Shown one piece after another: positions 36,934 through 45,471 of a DNA stretch of 64,000 bases. The notes beneath the pieces were generated by a model. It searched no databases, was not told the DNA's origin, and saw only the letters and a list, made by a program, of their open reading frames with translations. The stretch comes from Burkholderiaceae bacterium (GTDB lineage: Bacteria > Pseudomonadota > Gammaproteobacteria > Burkholderiales > Burkholderiaceae_A). The DNA is taken from the NCBI GenBank assembly GCA_049426285.1, contig JBMSYB010000004.1:3800-67799 (forward strand), given 5' to 3'. Both the position numbers and the translations under genes were made by a program. Position 1 is the stretch's first letter. Every line of letters starts with the position of its first letter.

Positions 36934-37592
36934 TGAAGGGGCTGGTCGTCTTTGACCTTGATGGCACGCTGATTGACACCGCCACCGAGATCACCGAGGC
37001 GGTGAATCGCACACTGGCAGACTTTACTGGGCGGTCGGTTCCCGAGTCGGATGTGCGGCGATGGATCGGTCATGGCACAGGCTGGCTGATGCAGCAGGCC
37101 TGGGCCGACCAGATAGGAGAACCAGATAAGGCGCACTGGCCGCAGGTGATGTCGCGTTTTGTGGCCCACTACCATGACACCGCGGGTACCATGAGCAGGC
37201 CGTACCCATTCGTGGTGGAGACTCTGGCCGTGCTGCGCAGCCTCGGCATTGGGCGGGCGATTCTCACCAATAAAGAGTCGCGGTTTACCGAGAGGGTGTT
37301 ACAGGCCCATGACATGACGCATAGTTTTGATATGGTGATTTCGGGCGACTCGCTGCCAACGAAGAAGCCAGACCCGGCAGGGCTCTTACATTGCATAGCC
37401 CAGACCGGGGCGACGGTGGACTCAAGCCTGTTTGTGGGGGATTCTGAAATTGATGTGGCTACGGCCAAGGCTGCGGGTGTGGTCTGCTGGGCAGTGCCCT
37501 ATGGCTACAACCATGGCCGACCGATTGCGCTTGCAAATCCCGACCGACTAGTGGACGACATTCGCCCGGTGCTGCAGCACTTTTCGGTCTAG
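36930..37592 (+). CDS. cbbZ: Phosphoglycolate phosphatase
   Basis: HAD motifs FDLDGTLID, LTNK, KKPDP, VGDS.ID and YGYN. Start may be ATG 36933. Confidence 0.88.
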   Translation: MMKGLVVFDLDGTLIDTATEITEAVNRTLADFTGRSVPESDVRRWIGHGTGWLMQQAWADQIGEPDKAHWPQVMSRFVAHYHDTAGTMSRPYPFVVETLAVLRSLGIGRAILTNKESRFTERVLQAHDMTHSFDMVISGDSLPTKKPDPAGLLHCIAQTGATVDSSLFVGDSEIDVATAKAAGVVCWAVPYGYNHGRPIALANPDRLVDDIRPVLQHFSV

Positions 37593-37646
37593 TCGTGTCT
37601 CCGTGCTTTCGTCCTCAGGCTCTGTTTTTTTACGACACGTTCGGCC

Positions 37647-38390
37647 ATGGCCTACACGATTGATCCCCGTATAACCAAAGCCCTGCTCTTTGATGTTGAT
37701 GGCACCCTTGCAGAGACGGAGGCCGAAGGCCATCTGCCTGCCTTCAATGAGGCCTTTGTAAGACTCGGCATCCCCTGGCACTGGACCTTTAAAGACTATG
37801 CAGACCTGCTGCGGGTGACCGGGGGCTTTGAACGCATGCAGGCCCACGCCCGAATACGCGGCGATACCCAGTGGCTGACACCAGAAGGCCTGGTGCGGCT
37901 TAAGCAGGCGCATCAGTTAAAGAATGCCTGTTATGCCGACCGCTTGGCCCAAGGCCTGGTGGGCCCGCGTCTGGGACTGGCAGCGCTGGTAGGTCAGATA
38001 AAGGCGGCAGGTCTATGCTGGGTTGTGGTGACCACCACCAGCCGTGACAATTGGCAAGCCTTATGGACCCAGTGTCTTGCCGCGCATCTGGCCCTGCCGC
38101 CCTTGTTTGCCATATGTGGAGAGGATGTTTCCCGCAAGAAGCCCGATCCCGAGGCCTACCTTCTTGCCCTCGGGCGTCTTGGGCTGCCGGCCTCGTCTTG
38201 CCTGGCCGTAGAAGACTCGCCTAATGGCCTCATAGCGGCGCAAGGCGCGGGGATAGGCTGCCTGGTGGTGCGCTCAGTTTTCTTCCGCGAAGCAGAATTT
38301 TCTGGGGCGTACGCGGTTACAGAGGAGCATCTTGATTTACGACTCGACGCCGGGCCCGACGAATTCCCAGCAGCAGCAAACCCCCAATGA
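37647..38390 (+). CDS. cbbY: CbbY-like HAD phosphatase (xylulose-1,5-bisphosphate phosphatase family)
   Basis: FDVDGTLAETE..GH..AFN.AF, LL.VTGG.ER, VTTTS, KKPDPEAY, EDSPNG. Confidence 0.85.
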   Translation: MAYTIDPRITKALLFDVDGTLAETEAEGHLPAFNEAFVRLGIPWHWTFKDYADLLRVTGGFERMQAHARIRGDTQWLTPEGLVRLKQAHQLKNACYADRLAQGLVGPRLGLAALVGQIKAAGLCWVVVTTTSRDNWQALWTQCLAAHLALPPLFAICGEDVSRKKPDPEAYLLALGRLGLPASSCLAVEDSPNGLIAAQGAGIGCLVVRSVFFREAEFSGAYAVTEEHLDLRLDAGPDEFPAAANPQ

Positions 38391-39735
38391 GAGGCACCGT
38401 TGCTGCGGTAATGAGGTCTGTGGGCAGATCCAGGCCGACAGACTTTGCCCCTTTGACAAGGTAGTTCACTAGCCCCACCCCGTAGTAAGTGAGCACAACC
38501 AGTGAGAGCCCCTCTACGGTCTGTTGCAGCTTGAGCTGCAGCTGCGCCCGACGGTTCATACTGGCCAGCAGCGCCTGGTTCTGCCGCTCGTTCATAAACT
38601 CAATGCCGGTGCGCAGAATCTGGGTGGTACGCGTGACCCGGTCGGAGAGTTCGCGCAGTCGACGCTGGGTCCAGCGGCAGGTACGCATCGCCGGCTCAAA
38701 CCGGCGGTCCATAAACTCTGAAAGGTTCTGTACGCCGGGCAAGGGCGTCTCCTTGAGTTCGCCGATTGCGCGACGTACGAGTTCGACATAGGCCTCGCTG
38801 GCCGTAAACCGCAGTCCATGGGCAGAGATCCATTCTTCCACGCGGGCTGCGAGCACCGATACGCCCTTGAGCAGTCCCTCGTGGTCTGGGTATCCGGGAG
38901 GCTGCGTTGTGGATCCGTCTTGTGTACCTACGGCCTGCAGTGCGGCAACAGGGGCTGACTCTGCCAGGGCAATCTTGCCCGAGAGTCCGGCAAGCTCCTC
39001 TTCGGCCCGACGCAAGGGCTCTGAAAGACTTTTGGCCCGGGGCAGCGCGAGCATCGCCATCATGCGATAGGTATCGATATCGATGAGTCGCTGCACCACC
39101 CGGCCGGCCTGCCGCGATCCCATGCCCTGATGGTTCACGAGTATGCAGATGAAACCCATGTCATCGAGCTGGAAGTCGGTCCAGACCTGAGCCCTGGCCG
39201 AGGCCAGAATGGAGGCACCCACCAGGGTGTTATCGGAGAAGAGCGGCGCAAAGATCGCCGCGTCTTCCTCGGGGTCCGCGCGGCGAATGGCAATGTCGAG
39301 TGCGGAGATACGCTCGCCAAAGTCTGCCCCGGGCATCGTTAGCCCGAGATCCATGAGCCGCGTCCTTAGCCGATTGAGCATGGCCTGACGCGAACTTATC
39401 CAGTCGGTATCGATATTGGGCGTGCCCTGTTCGTAGACGGTAAGCGAGGAAAACTCCCCGTGTAACTCCCACTTCAGCAGCATCCTCTGCGGCTCGGGCA
39501 GAAGCTCAAGAATGCGAAAGTTCTGGCCATGCACCGGATGGGTCTCGGTCTGCAAGGCCTTGGTGAGAGACTCGATGAAGGCGTTCTGATTGGACCGGTG
39601 GTGAGGCTCGGTGAGAAGGAAGGCCTGGTTGCAGACCCGCTCTTCCGGCCACAGGGCAATGGGCGGACGGGCGTGCACTTCTTCATGCAGTATCTGACGC
39701 TGGGTATGTTCGTGAGAGGAGGGCAGGGGGTTCAT
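38317..39735 (-). CDS. DUF3422 family membrane-anchored protein
   Basis: EVHARP, WELHGEFSS, GRVVQRLIDIDTYRMMA, RF.ASEAY, DRRFEPAMRTC, QQTVEGLS...YY, two C-terminal TM helices. Confidence 0.85.
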   Translation of the reverse strand: MNPLPSSHEHTQRQILHEEVHARPPIALWPEERVCNQAFLLTEPHHRSNQNAFIESLTKALQTETHPVHGQNFRILELLPEPQRMLLKWELHGEFSSLTVYEQGTPNIDTDWISSRQAMLNRLRTRLMDLGLTMPGADFGERISALDIAIRRADPEEDAAIFAPLFSDNTLVGASILASARAQVWTDFQLDDMGFICILVNHQGMGSRQAGRVVQRLIDIDTYRMMAMLALPRAKSLSEPLRRAEEELAGLSGKIALAESAPVAALQAVGTQDGSTTQPPGYPDHEGLLKGVSVLAARVEEWISAHGLRFTASEAYVELVRRAIGELKETPLPGVQNLSEFMDRRFEPAMRTCRWTQRRLRELSDRVTRTTQILRTGIEFMNERQNQALLASMNRRAQLQLKLQQTVEGLSLVVLTYYGVGLVNYLVKGAKSVGLDLPTDLITAATVPLIGGLLLLGIRRARRRVVNQDAPL

Positions 39736-40229
39736 GCGGTTTGGCTCCAGTAGCGGTGGGCACGCACAACCTGGTCATCGAGGTAGGCGCCATAGAAGTC
39801 TCTAGAACTGTATCCCACCAAGGGTGGAAATAGTGGCCCGGCGTCTCTACCGACCATCACAACAGTGGGTGCGACACGATAGCCGTGGCTTTCTGCCCAA
39901 CGGGCAGGCGTAAACCGCAGGGTCGTAGGCGATGGCTTGGCCAATGGCCCAGGCCGCTCTGTGCCGCCCGTATCGGGTCGTGTCTCGGGCTGTAAAACGA
40001 GGACAGTCTGGCTATCGGCGATATCGAATACAACAACGTCGAGGCTAGGGCCCGTACGGCTACGGATGCGGGGAATCAGTTGCTCCTCAATAACGAGTCC
40101 GCACCAGGGGCAGTGCGCGGCAGTGACCATGATCGCGACCGCACGGCTTTTCTCCCGCTGGGCCCGAGAGAGTGCAGCCCCGAGATCTCGGGCTGGCAAC
40201 AGAGGTGGGGGGGCGGAATGCGGAGTCAT
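39732..40229 (-). CDS. Thioredoxin-fold protein (SoxW/SoxS-like)
   Basis: CPWC motif and VAPTVV cis-Pro strand. Start uncertain (40229 or 40265). Confidence 0.7.
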   Translation of the reverse strand: MTPHSAPPPLLPARDLGAALSRAQREKSRAVAIMVTAAHCPWCGLVIEEQLIPRIRSRTGPSLDVVVFDIADSQTVLVLQPETRPDTGGTERPGPLAKPSPTTLRFTPARWAESHGYRVAPTVVMVGRDAGPLFPPLVGYSSRDFYGAYLDDQVVRAHRYWSQTA

Positions 40230-40345
40230 CTTATGGGTTCTGAGAAGGGCAAGAGAGCCGACCAAGATCCGCCAAGAGGCCGATTGTGCGCCGCGTCAAC
40301 CCTTGTTCTTGACTATATGCTTGTAAAGGAATATTTTTCACATCC

Positions 40346-40717
40346 ATGACAATTTCTGTTTCTGCGACAGCCCCAAAAGAAGCCACAAACGAAGACTTCG
40401 CTAAAGGGCTGTCCCACGACACGGCCGAACTCGATTTTATTTTCGAGCGGGCGGCTCAGTATTTTGCGCTCCTTTCTGAGCCAGCGCGGCTAAGAATTAT
40501 TCAGTCTGTTTGTTCCGAAGAGCGATCAGTGCAAGCGGTAGTTGAGGCCACGGGGCTGCCTCAGCCCAATGCCTCGCGTCACCTCACTATGCTCTATCGC
40601 GCAGGGGTTTTAAGTCGCCGTCGTCGTGGCACCTTCGTTTATTACAAGGTAAGTGATGCGCTTCTGATCGATATCTGCCGATCGGTGTGCGTACGACTTG
40701 CCGGTGCTATGGAGTAA
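40346..40717 (+). CDS. ArsR family regulator upstream of sox (SoxR-like)
   Basis: FALLSEPARLRI, PQPNASRHL, RRRGTFVYY, with Cys in QSVC and ICRSVC. Confidence 0.85.
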   Translation: MTISVSATAPKEATNEDFAKGLSHDTAELDFIFERAAQYFALLSEPARLRIIQSVCSEERSVQAVVEATGLPQPNASRHLTMLYRAGVLSRRRRGTFVYYKVSDALLIDICRSVCVRLAGAME

Positions 40718-40814
40718 CAGCGTATCTGGGTTTCTTGAATAACGATAAATAAGTGTTTCTAAAGATGTGGCTGGGTACCTGGTCTAGACAGGGGGTGGTT
40801 TGAGGTTTAGTTAG

Positions 40815-40826
40815 TGCAGTACTGCA
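40815..40826. promoter_or_regulatory. Perfect palindrome upstream of soxC (candidate operator)
   Basis: TGCAGTACTGCA, 31 nt before the soxC start. Confidence 0.4.
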
Positions 40827-40857
40827 ACACACGAAAAAAGGTTTTGGGGAGAATCAT

Positions 40858-42210
40858 GTGACAACACTCAGTACGCGACTCGGGCGCCTGATGAAGGCAC
40901 CCGAAAATTTCTTGACACAAGAAGACGCTAAAGAGCCAACCCAGATGCGCCGGAAGTTTCTGGCGGCCTCTGCGGTAACTGCTGCTGGTGCCGGCCTAGG
41001 CTTAGCGGGTGCCGCGCGCGCGGCCTCTAACCCGGTGTCGGGCGCGGGCGATCCCAATATCCTGCAGCTGCCTCCGCACTCGGTCGGGCTTGGCATGCCG
41101 GTGGCGGCCAATGGCTACGGTGTGCCCTCTCAGTTTGAACAGGGCCTGCAGCGACGCGAAAGCCCGGGGCTCACCCGGGTGTCGGCGGCTTCGGTAGCCT
41201 TTACCCCTTTGCAGGGTACCTTCGGAATCATCACCCCCAGCGGTCTGCACTTTGAGCGTCACCATCAGGGCTGGTGGGACATCGACCCCTCGAAGCATCG
41301 GCTCATGATCAATGGCATGGTAAAGACCGCCAAGGTCTACACCATGGATGATCTGATGCGCCTGCCCTCGGTCTCACGCATTCACTTTATTGAATGTGGT
41401 GCCAATACCGCCATGGAATGGGGCAATGTGGCGGTGCCCACGGTGCAGTACACCCATGGCATGGTGTCTTGCTCAGAGTTCACCGGGGTGCCGCTCTCGA
41501 TGCTGCTCGATGATGCCGGTTACGACAAGAAAAATGGTAAGTACATTCTTGCTGAGGGTGCAGATGGCTCCGGAATGACCCGCACCATCGCGATCGACCG
41601 CGCACTGGACGATGTGATTGTGGCCTACGGCATGAATGGGGAGATGCTGCGCCCCGAAAACGGCTACCCCCTACGTCTGGTGGTACCCGGCGTTCAGGGT
41701 GTCTCGTGGGTAAAGTGGCTGCGTCGTATCGAGGTAGGCGATCAGAAGTGGGCCACCAAAGACGAGGCAATCCACTATGTTGACCTCATGCCCGATGGCA
41801 TGCATCGGCAGTACAGCGGCATGCAGGAGGCCAAGTCGGTCATTACCTCGCCCTCGGGCGGGCAGATTCTGCTCGACAAAGGCTTCTACAACATCACGGG
41901 CCTTGCCTGGTCGGGCCGCGGCAAGATCAAGCGGGTGGATGTCTCTACCGACGGCGGAATAAACTGGCGAACCGCGCGACTCGAGACCCCGGTACTCACT
42001 AAGGCCTTTACCAGGTTCAATATCGACTGGTCCTGGAACGGCAAGCCGGCGATTCTGCAGTCGCGGTGTATTGATGACACCGATTACGTGCAGCCCACAG
42101 TCCATCAGTTACGCGCAGTACGTGGTACTCGTTCGATTTATCACAACAATATGATTCAGTCTTGGCGCATTGCCGAGTCAGGGGAGGTGAGTAATGTCCA
42201 AGTTGGCTAA
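40858..42210 (+). CDS. soxC: Sulfane-sulfur dehydrogenase, molybdopterin subunit
   Basis: Tat motif RRKFL, GLHFERHH, FIECGAN (Moco Cys), LRPENGYPLRL, KWLRRI, GLAWSGRG. Confidence 0.94.
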   Translation: MTTLSTRLGRLMKAPENFLTQEDAKEPTQMRRKFLAASAVTAAGAGLGLAGAARAASNPVSGAGDPNILQLPPHSVGLGMPVAANGYGVPSQFEQGLQRRESPGLTRVSAASVAFTPLQGTFGIITPSGLHFERHHQGWWDIDPSKHRLMINGMVKTAKVYTMDDLMRLPSVSRIHFIECGANTAMEWGNVAVPTVQYTHGMVSCSEFTGVPLSMLLDDAGYDKKNGKYILAEGADGSGMTRTIAIDRALDDVIVAYGMNGEMLRPENGYPLRLVVPGVQGVSWVKWLRRIEVGDQKWATKDEAIHYVDLMPDGMHRQYSGMQEAKSVITSPSGGQILLDKGFYNITGLAWSGRGKIKRVDVSTDGGINWRTARLETPVLTKAFTRFNIDWSWNGKPAILQSRCIDDTDYVQPTVHQLRAVRGTRSIYHNNMIQSWRIAESGEVSNVQVG

Positions 42211-42967
42211 GACAATGCAGTCGCAGGCATGGCTTCGCACGGTTCTGGGGGCAATGCTCTCGGTATCGTTGCTTGGTTCTGCGGTGGCTGCAGGCAAGTT
42301 TGAGGGGGTCGGTCGGGCGGCAACTCCCGCCGAGGTGCAAGCCTGGGACATCGATGTCCGCCCCGACTTTAAAGGTCTGCCCCCGGGTTCAGGCTCGGTA
42401 GCCAAAGGCCAGGATGTCTGGGAGGCGCAGTGTGCCTCCTGCCATGGTGTCTTTGGCGAGAGTACCGATGTCTTCACTCCTATTGCTGGGGGGACAACCA
42501 AAGAAGATATCAAGACCGGCCGTGTGGCGAATCTGGCCCGCGAAGACTATCCCCAGCGCACCACGCTTATGAAGGTGGCCACGGTCTCCACACTCTGGGA
42601 TTACATCAACCGGGCCATGCCCTGGACCATGCCCAAAACGCTCTCGGCTGATGAGGTCTATGCCGTGGTGGCCTATATCTTGAACCTGGGTGAGATCGTG
42701 CCCGAAGACTTTGTGCTGTCTGACAAAAACATTGCCGAGGTGCAAAAAAAGATGCCCAATCGCAATGGCATGACGGCAGACCATGGGCTATGGGACCTCA
42801 AGGGAAAGCCCGATGTTAAGAATGTTGCCTGTATGAAAGACTGTAAAAAAGAAGTACGTGTGACGTCGTTTCTGCCGGGGTCTGCGGTCGACAGTCATGG
42901 CAACCTGATCGAGCAGAACCGCCCGATCGGCCCCACACGTGGCCTTGATACCAGCAAGCCTCGTTAG
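42194..42967 (+). CDS. soxD: Sulfane-sulfur dehydrogenase cytochrome c subunit (single haem)
   Basis: WDIDVRPD..GLP.GSGSV, CASCH, DYINRAMP, MPNRNG. Only one CxxCH motif. Confidence 0.9.
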   Translation: MSKLAKTMQSQAWLRTVLGAMLSVSLLGSAVAAGKFEGVGRAATPAEVQAWDIDVRPDFKGLPPGSGSVAKGQDVWEAQCASCHGVFGESTDVFTPIAGGTTKEDIKTGRVANLAREDYPQRTTLMKVATVSTLWDYINRAMPWTMPKTLSADEVYAVVAYILNLGEIVPEDFVLSDKNIAEVQKKMPNRNGMTADHGLWDLKGKPDVKNVACMKDCKKEVRVTSFLPGSAVDSHGNLIEQNRPIGPTRGLDTSKPR

Positions 42968-42996
42968 TTTTTTATATTTTTGAAAGGAGTATCTCC

Positions 42997-43464
42997 ATGA
43001 GTATGAATCGACGTGATGTACTAAAGGTAAGTGGTGGCGCTGCGGTCTATTCCGCCCTGGCCTCTATGGGTTTCTTTGCGGCCAACCCCGCTATGGCTGC
43101 CTGGAAAAAAGAATGGTTTGAAACCAAGAGCATTGCTGACACGTTCAAGGCCATGGGTGTTGCATCGCCCGCAGAGAGCGCAGAGCTGGCAATCACCTCG
43201 CCCGATATCGCCGAAAACGGCGCTGTCGTACCGGTGGGGGTCGCTAGCAAGCTTCCCAAGACCGAGATGATTGCTGTCATGGTCGAGAAGAACCCTAACA
43301 TGATGGCTGGTATCTATGAGTTCACCCCGGCTGCTGATCCCGACGTCTCGATGCGGGTAAAAATGGGCCAGAGCTCTGATGTCTTTGCCGTAGTCAAGGC
43401 CGATGGCAAGTTCTACATGACCAAGAAGGAAATCAAGGTCACCCTTGGCGGCTGCGGCGGTTAA
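42997..43464 (+). CDS. soxY: Sulfur carrier protein SoxY
   Basis: Tat signal NRRDVLK, PDIAENGAVVP, C-terminal VTLGGCGG. Confidence 0.97.
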   Translation: MSMNRRDVLKVSGGAAVYSALASMGFFAANPAMAAWKKEWFETKSIADTFKAMGVASPAESAELAITSPDIAENGAVVPVGVASKLPKTEMIAVMVEKNPNMMAGIYEFTPAADPDVSMRVKMGQSSDVFAVVKADGKFYMTKKEIKVTLGGCGG

Positions 43465-43514
43465 ATCCCCGCATGACTATAGAGTGACTTCGAGATAACC
43501 AAAGGAGATTTACG

Positions 43515-43826
43515 ATGGCAAGTCCAATGCGTATTCGTGCCCGTATGGCGGGTGATGTGGCTGACGTGCGGGTTCTTATGGCCCACGAAATGGAAACCGG
43601 AACCCGCAAGGGGTCTGACGGGCAGATTGTTCCTGCCTGGTTCATTCAAGAGGTAGTTGGCAGCCATAACGGCAAGCCGGTAATGACCGCCCAGTGGGGC
43701 CCCGCAATTTCTAAGAATCCCTACCTGCAGTTCAAGATTAAGGGGGCAAAGGCCGGTGACAAGGTCACGGTAACCTGGAAAGACAATAAGGGTGAAAGCC
43801 GTACCGACGAAGCGGCTATTGCTTAA
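43515..43826 (+). CDS. soxZ: Sulfur carrier protein SoxZ
   Basis: MAHEMETG.RK, AWFIQ, ISKNPYL, W.DNKG. Confidence 0.96.
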   Translation: MASPMRIRARMAGDVADVRVLMAHEMETGTRKGSDGQIVPAWFIQEVVGSHNGKPVMTAQWGPAISKNPYLQFKIKGAKAGDKVTVTWKDNKGESRTDEAAIA

Positions 43827-43947
43827 GTGGCTTTAGCGGTGAAGCCCACCGCTTCTTGCCTTTTGTAGGAAGAGGTGGTGTTGTGAAGGAGATTAGCCCG
43901 CGCTCGGCTTTAACGCGGGCGTGCATCGAAACGACGGGAGACACATA

Positions 43948-44760
43948 ATGATTAAGAAATCGTGGGCAACATGGGTAGTCGGGCTTGGATTTGGCGCCCT
44001 AGCCTCTGCCGGGGCCATGGCACTCGAGCAGAAGTCAGAGACCGAAAAGGGCATTGACCGGTATCGTGAGCTTTTGCAAGACGGTAATCCTGCCGAGCTC
44101 TGGGAGATGCAGGGCGAGGAACTCTGGAAGAAAAAGGCCGGACCGAAGAACGTATCGCTTGAGCAGTGCGACTTGGGACAGGGTCCAGGGGTTGTTAAGG
44201 GTGCCTATGTCGGATTGCCTCGTTATTTTGCTGATGCCGGTCGGGTCATGGACCTTGAGGTGCGGCTTGCCTGGTGTATGGAGAAGCTGCAGGGCATCAC
44301 CCCCAAAGTGGCCAGCTACAACCGTGACGACCATAAAAACATCGTCGCGCTGGTCACCTACATCGCTACTGCGTCTAGAGGTATGCCCGTGAATGTGCCG
44401 CAGAGTCACCCGGAAGAAAAGAAGATGTACGAACTGGGCAAGCGGGCTTTCTTTTTCCGCGCTGGCCCATATGACTTCGCATGCGCTACCTGCCACGCTG
44501 AAGACAATAAGCGTATTCGGCTTCAGGGGCTTCCTAATTTAACCAAGAAGGAGCCAGCCGGTCAGGCGTTTTCTTCGTGGCCGGCGTACCGTGTGAGCAA
44601 CTCTCAGGTGTGGCCGATGCAGAAGCGTCTTGAAGACTGCTTTCGGCAGCAGCGGTTTCCGGAGTTGCAGTTTGGCTCTGAGACTAGTATTGCCCTGTCG
44701 ATGTATATGGGCGTAAACGGTAATGGCGTGCCATCACTGGCGCCGACCATCAAGCGTTAA
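43948..44760 (+). CDS. soxA: SoxAX cytochrome subunit A (monohaem)
   Basis: GNPAEL, SLEQCDLG, CATCH, WPAYR, CFRQQRFP. Start at ATG 43948 with GGGAG RBS. Confidence 0.94.
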   Translation: MIKKSWATWVVGLGFGALASAGAMALEQKSETEKGIDRYRELLQDGNPAELWEMQGEELWKKKAGPKNVSLEQCDLGQGPGVVKGAYVGLPRYFADAGRVMDLEVRLAWCMEKLQGITPKVASYNRDDHKNIVALVTYIATASRGMPVNVPQSHPEEKKMYELGKRAFFFRAGPYDFACATCHAEDNKRIRLQGLPNLTKKEPAGQAFSSWPAYRVSNSQVWPMQKRLEDCFRQQRFPELQFGSETSIALSMYMGVNGNGVPSLAPTIKR

Positions 44761-44772
44761 AGGAGCCTCGAA

Positions 44773-45399
44773 ATGAAAATGACAAAAATCGCGCTGGCGG
44801 TCGGTACTATCTTTGCTCTTGTAGGCTGCGCCGGCGGTTACTCCTCGGCCGAGCTTGATAAGATGGCCACAGAGATGATTAACAAATCATTTAAGGCCAA
44901 GGGTATCGCGGGTATTGATCGTCTTAATCAGGATTCGGTCAACCTCGCATGCTCCGCTGCTGAGACAGAGGGTAAGGACCTAGCCTCGGATATACGCAAG
45001 AATGTTGAAGAGGCTAACATGAAGACCATAAAGTGGCCTTCTGATGGAAATTACTTTGGTGACTGGAAGCGTGGCGAGGCTGTCGCACAAAGCGGTCGGG
45101 GTAGCACTTACTCAGATAAGGCTGGATCGGCTAACGGAGGCAACTGCTATAACTGCCACCAGATTTCGAAGGCTGAACTTTCTTATGGCACTCTAGGCCC
45201 AAGCCTTTACAACTACGGTAAGTTGCGTGGTAACTCAGAGGCAGTGGTGAAATACACCTGGGGAAAGATCTATAACGCTAAGGCTTATAACGCTTGTACC
45301 AACATGCCTCGGTTTGGGCATGCGGGCGTGCTTACCGAGGCCCAGATGCGTGACCTCATGTCATTGTTGCTAGATCCGAAGTCACCCATTAACCAGTAA
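44773..45399 (+). CDS. soxX: SoxAX cytochrome subunit X
   Basis: Lipoprotein-like LVGC, GGNCYNCH, GTLGPSL, NMPRFG, LLDPKSPIN. Confidence 0.94.
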   Translation: MKMTKIALAVGTIFALVGCAGGYSSAELDKMATEMINKSFKAKGIAGIDRLNQDSVNLACSAAETEGKDLASDIRKNVEEANMKTIKWPSDGNYFGDWKRGEAVAQSGRGSTYSDKAGSANGGNCYNCHQISKAELSYGTLGPSLYNYGKLRGNSEAVVKYTWGKIYNAKAYNACTNMPRFGHAGVLTEAQMRDLMSLLLDPKSPINQ

Positions 45400-45418
45400 T
45401 TATCTACGCCAGGAGATA

Positions 45419-45449
45419 GGCCCAGAGTTCTCGTCTCTGGGCCTTTTTT
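45419..45449 (+). terminator. Intrinsic terminator between soxX and soxB
   Basis: GGCCCAGAG-ttctcgt-CTCTGGGCC followed by TTTTTT. Confidence 0.75.
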
Positions 45450-45471
45450 CAATGAATAAGGTGTTTTTCAA

